A DNA stretch of 64,000 bases, taken from NCBI RefSeq assembly GCF_001194135.2, contig NC_068981.1, positions 54,825,913 to 54,889,912 on the forward strand, given 5' to 3'. Shown piece by piece: positions 59,785 through 64,000 of the stretch. This DNA comes from Octopus bimaculoides (Eukaryota). The translations under genes were made by a program, and so were the position numbers. Numbering within the stretch: the stretch's first letter is position 1; each line of letters begins with the position of its first letter. The notes under the pieces are model-generated. The model was not told where the DNA came from. It did no database searches and saw only the letters and a program-made list of their open reading frames with translations.

Positions 59785-62700
59785 TAAACGCTTAGGTATT
59801 TCTTCCCACTACAACCTATGTTTTCCTTACAGCGTAACTAGGACACTCCAGTCACCATAATTATCACTATCTAAAAAAAAAGGCTGTAGAACATTATTTG
59901 CTAACAACCTGAGCTAATTACAAGCTTTCGGGTTATTTTTCTTTATTTTACAGACGTGATGTCAGAATATGCAAAAAGATTAAAATAAAACAAACAGCCC
60001 CCACATTTAAAAAAAAAATAAACCTAAGAATTCCTCTGAAGCAGCAGAAATGCATTTATTAACCTATTAGTATAACTAATGAATGTAAGCTACCAATATT
60101 ATTAAAAGAAATGATAAATTCAGTCATGTTTCATTGCCGTGGGAAATTATTTTTGTTGTTGCTGTTATTATTGATCAAAACCAGGTCAACTCTGATCACA
60201 AAGGTTCATGGTCTTGATATAGATAGTCCAGCCGCAACCACATCGATTTTTGTTTTCAGATATAGTGTATCTAATAAGTGTTCTTCCTTGTTGCTACCAT
60301 TTAGTCATAGTCTTAACTGAATGGACCTTTGTCAAAGATATCTAAATTATAGCCATCCCTTCCTTTTTTCAAAAACACTATACTATGGACTACATTATCA
60401 AATGCGTCCTTTTCTAAGTCGGTAAGATGTGTATGATTTGAGAGAGATTTGACCACTACATCTAGCGGGTTGAGCAACTGCGAAGAGGCATCTATATTGA
60501 GGCATTCTTTTTAAAAATACATTTTCGCATTTTATATTTACGGGTAACTAGGTTATTTGAGGAATTAAGCCAAATCAGCTCAAACTTTTGTCGTTCAGCT
60601 TCGAGAGAGCAGAATTATGATCAAAGGGATTCCATCCATGACTATCCTGTTTATATATATATATTTTTTTAAAATCTTATGTTCTACCTATTTTAAAATA
60701 GTTATGGACTTGCAGTTTCAACAGTGACACGTCTTATAAAGGATTAAGCTTCAGTTGTTAGTGGTGTTAACTATCTCTAGATAAAAAAGGATAAGTGTGA
60801 ATTTGCTAATCGGGAGCATTGTATAGTTCTTTTCTTGAGTACCATCTGCAAATGTTAATTTTTATCTCTAAACAAGTATCCAACACAGCTAGTATGTCTC
60901 CGAGAAAAAAATTTCAACAAATATAAACTGTAACAACAATAATGTTAAAGTTAGTTATAGTTAACTGGAAAGCATTACATCACAAATGACACTCCGCAAC
61001 CAACGGCATAGAAATAGAAATGCTTAATACATTTTCTAGAATGTACTTTGCAACAAAAAGTGTCGTTTACTAAATGTCAAATCCTTCATAAAGGTGCTTG
61101 TGCACAGAGCAAAAGTATCATCTAGAGATGGTACCGAAAATAATTATGTAAGGTTCATAGAGGACACTCAAAGCCTAACATAAAATGAACACTCATTCTT
61201 TTAAATCTAGAGACAGAATTAACCCCGCTTTCTTATCTCAATACATAAGGAAACTTAAGGATAGTAAACTTGGAAATATTCCTATATGTTGGAGCATTGC
61301 TGAAATTGTAACCCCGTATTCCAGTGACTAATATATTAGTTTTGTCTTTAGTAATTTGGTCTGGTGGAAGGAGCCGTGCTATGGCCTTCAAGACCGTATA
61401 GACTGATTTAGTCGTGCTCCTCTTAAACAACTAAAAGTTGCTGGCTATGAGAAAAAGAACAGACAGGTATTTCCAGAGAAATGATATTCTGGGGATGAAA
61501 ACTCGTGTGTGGTGGCTAGTGCGGAGCTTGAATGGTTATGGACACAATATGGGTGATATGATTATAAGCGACTAAAACGGATTGACCGAGGTTGAGATCA
61601 AACAGGCCCTAAAGCTGAGGCTACTGTAGTAACACAAGCAGAGGACGAATGGGGAGACAGCACTTTTATCAACCAGAAATTGGAGGTATTGATAAGCGAC
61701 CTCGCGTCGATCAGTTGGGTGGCTGTTGGATACGATCTATGGCGTCTGTATGTATTGTAGCACCGCTATCCGAAATATGGGAACAATACTACATTGTACA
61801 TCTCACTTGAGTTTTATATACGATTAGTAACTATTGACAGAAGTATTTTCTCGTTCATAATTAAGGAGGTCAGTCTTTATGTTAAAGATATGAAATATAC
61901 AGAATTGATGACAGGATTTGAACCGTTTATCCTTTTGGTAACCGTGATTCTATCGACATCAAGTCTGGCTGCTGTTGTTATCCAGATACTCACCCTGAAA
62001 TAGCTGACGTTTTCATTCTTATCAACAAAGAATTAACTTTTAAATATTGTTTATATATCTTGCTTAAAAATACATTATGACACACCCAAAACTAATAATA
62101 TCCCTGTTGTCAGTGATTTATATGTAGTTTTAATACGCACCTGATTTTATTCATGTATTTTCCTTATCATTTCAATTTTTCTTTGGGTTCAAATATCGGG
62201 TATGAATGAGTGCCACATGATGGAAGAGTTGTAATAGTGAGAATACAAAGGAAACTAAATTTCTCTTCCTGCAAGTTGTTGTCGTACCGGAAGCTTGAAA
62301 TCAGCCTTTACAGGATGAAGAGCACAGTAGGACATTGACATCAGATATCACCAAATCTGCAAAGCTGTCAACTTGATTGATTCAGCCCAGCTGAAACTGT
62401 ATTATCCTTTTCTTTATGTTAAAGGCATAGTAGGTTTGTTTGGTATTAGTTTCTTCTTGTTTACATGTCTATGATGGTCAGTTACATCGTATTTAATTGA
62501 AACCCACCTCTACTCCGCTTTTGAATAAGAGCCTTAATACAAAAACAATTATTTTGATTTAATACTGTCCTACCACTTCAAATAGTTTTTATGATCCACC
62601 CCTTCTCGCAGTGATAAAATATTAATCTGTCATCTAATTTTATTTCTATATTTCACTGTATGGACATTTGAAGTAGAGTAGAAAACTTCCACAAAGAAAC

Positions 62701-63429
62701 ACAAGTGACTCTAATCCACGAACAAACACAAAATATAATGGGTTTGGGGGAATATGCATGAATGTGTGCATTTCTCATTCGAGTTATTCACTGTAAAATT
62801 TAATGATGGGTCAGACTTCACAATAAGATTAGAGAATACAAAATCCAGTGTTGAACTTATAAAAAAAAAAAGAAATACCACAAATGTCCACACGTACATT
62901 TTATAGCGTTTTCTTTGTACGTAAAACCCAATTTTCGCAGTTACTGTTAAAGCCTAAAGAAAATCTAGTGACAGACAACAGATTCTGATAATCAACTACA
63001 CTCAATAATGTGTTCGCGTGTGCGCGTATTTAAATGTAATTTGTGAAATAATGGATGAATTAACTATTATATTGTTCTAGCTATGTAAGTTAAATTAAGG
63101 GACGAAATCGAGGACAAAATCTATTATATTCATAACATTTTTCATATTATTCATGACAACTTGACAACTCTGTCACACATACACAATTGCTTTTTTTCTT
63201 TTACTTTAGAATTTGTAGATCCGTGAAGCGGCTCCTGTATTCGTTTACTTAGTCCGCACTTCAAGTCCAGCTACATGCACGTTTCTCTGGTATGAGAATA
63301 ATGATATAGTACAGCATATTAAAATTTGCTTAAGCCTCACCGACATAGTCGTACTATATCAAAATATTACAAATAGATAACGTTTTCGATTTCGTTAACA
63401 TCGTTTGCGTCGTGATGAAAGGATAAAAA

Positions 63430-63890
63430 TAACTGATAACTCACAATGACAAAGAGTTGTAGAGGGGACATGTTCCGCTGGTCAGACAATCCATTTGCTG
63501 CCAACATCTGCTGCATTAAGAACTGGGTATGCCGGGGGTTAAAATGTGCTGATATGTTCCGAGGCCATGATACCTCTAGCGTTTCCTTGAGGTGATCAGC
63601 TTTTGTTAGACAAGCTTTTCTGTAGCACGTTTCTTTAAAAGGGCTTCAGTCCTGGATCAAGCATAGGCCGAGGAGGGCGCCTGTCGCATAGTGTTGTCAG
63701 TCGCTAACAACCCTCTGTCAGTCGGGCAAAGGGATCGGTGGATGTCCCCCTATGGCATTCTGAAAGGGCAGAAGACGGACACTTTTCATCTCGGTCAACC
63801 CTCTTATCAATTCTTTCCAGATCCTCTTGGAAGGGGAAGGTGGAGAGAGATGTGCTTCCCTCACCAAAATTTGTTGAAAGATAGGTGAAT
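63430..63890 (-). mobile_element. Highly decayed RTE (BovB-like) ORF2 relic
   Basis: GSTSLS...IDKRVD...SSALS and LEVSW...GIPS echo LGSTLS...ID.EV...KASSAFG and LGISW...GIPS. Confidence 0.4.
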
Positions 63891-64000
63891 ATAGCAAGAA
63901 TAGTTATATATACATATACAATACACACACGTGTGAACATACATATGGCATGCTTAAATATGCGTAAGCCTTCTAAGGGCCATATATATATATATATATA

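Overview
AT-rich, microsatellite- and transposon-dense animal DNA, most likely from an octopus or other coleoid cephalopod (inferred from the repeat landscape; no database search was run). It holds one host gene on the + strand: the last eight coding exons (9137-40418) of an NR2C (TR2/TR4, Hr78-like) orphan nuclear receptor, covering the hinge and the whole ligand-binding domain. All splice sites are GT-AG and the phases join into one open frame of 451 full codons plus a stop. The N-terminus and zinc-finger DNA-binding exons were not found and probably lie upstream of the window. A transposon-free stretch of about 3 kb follows the stop codon and is probably the 3'UTR. Nearly everything else is mobile DNA: several tRNA-derived SINE families; RTE, CR1, Jockey/CR1-group, Tx1-like, R4/Dong-like and HERO-like non-LTR relics; a Penelope-like element; a deleted Gypsy provirus; and Tigger, piggyBac, mariner, Tc2-like and hAT DNA-transposon relics. 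The most notable signal is the Penelope-like element at about 22060-22755 (- strand). Its GIY-YIG endonuclease ORF is followed 7 nt after the stop by a tRNA-like Pol III promoter and then a minimal hammerhead-ribozyme fold. Other points of interest: one SINE head carrying two alternative LINE-derived tails, with both candidate partner LINEs present; long intronic hairpins; head-to-tail SINE arrays; and a CpG-content transition near 48.5-50.6 kb. Seven N-gaps are present, and two apparent duplications beside 10-N gaps are assembly artefacts. Most repeat boundaries are approximate (about +/-20 bp) unless a TSD or TIR is cited.
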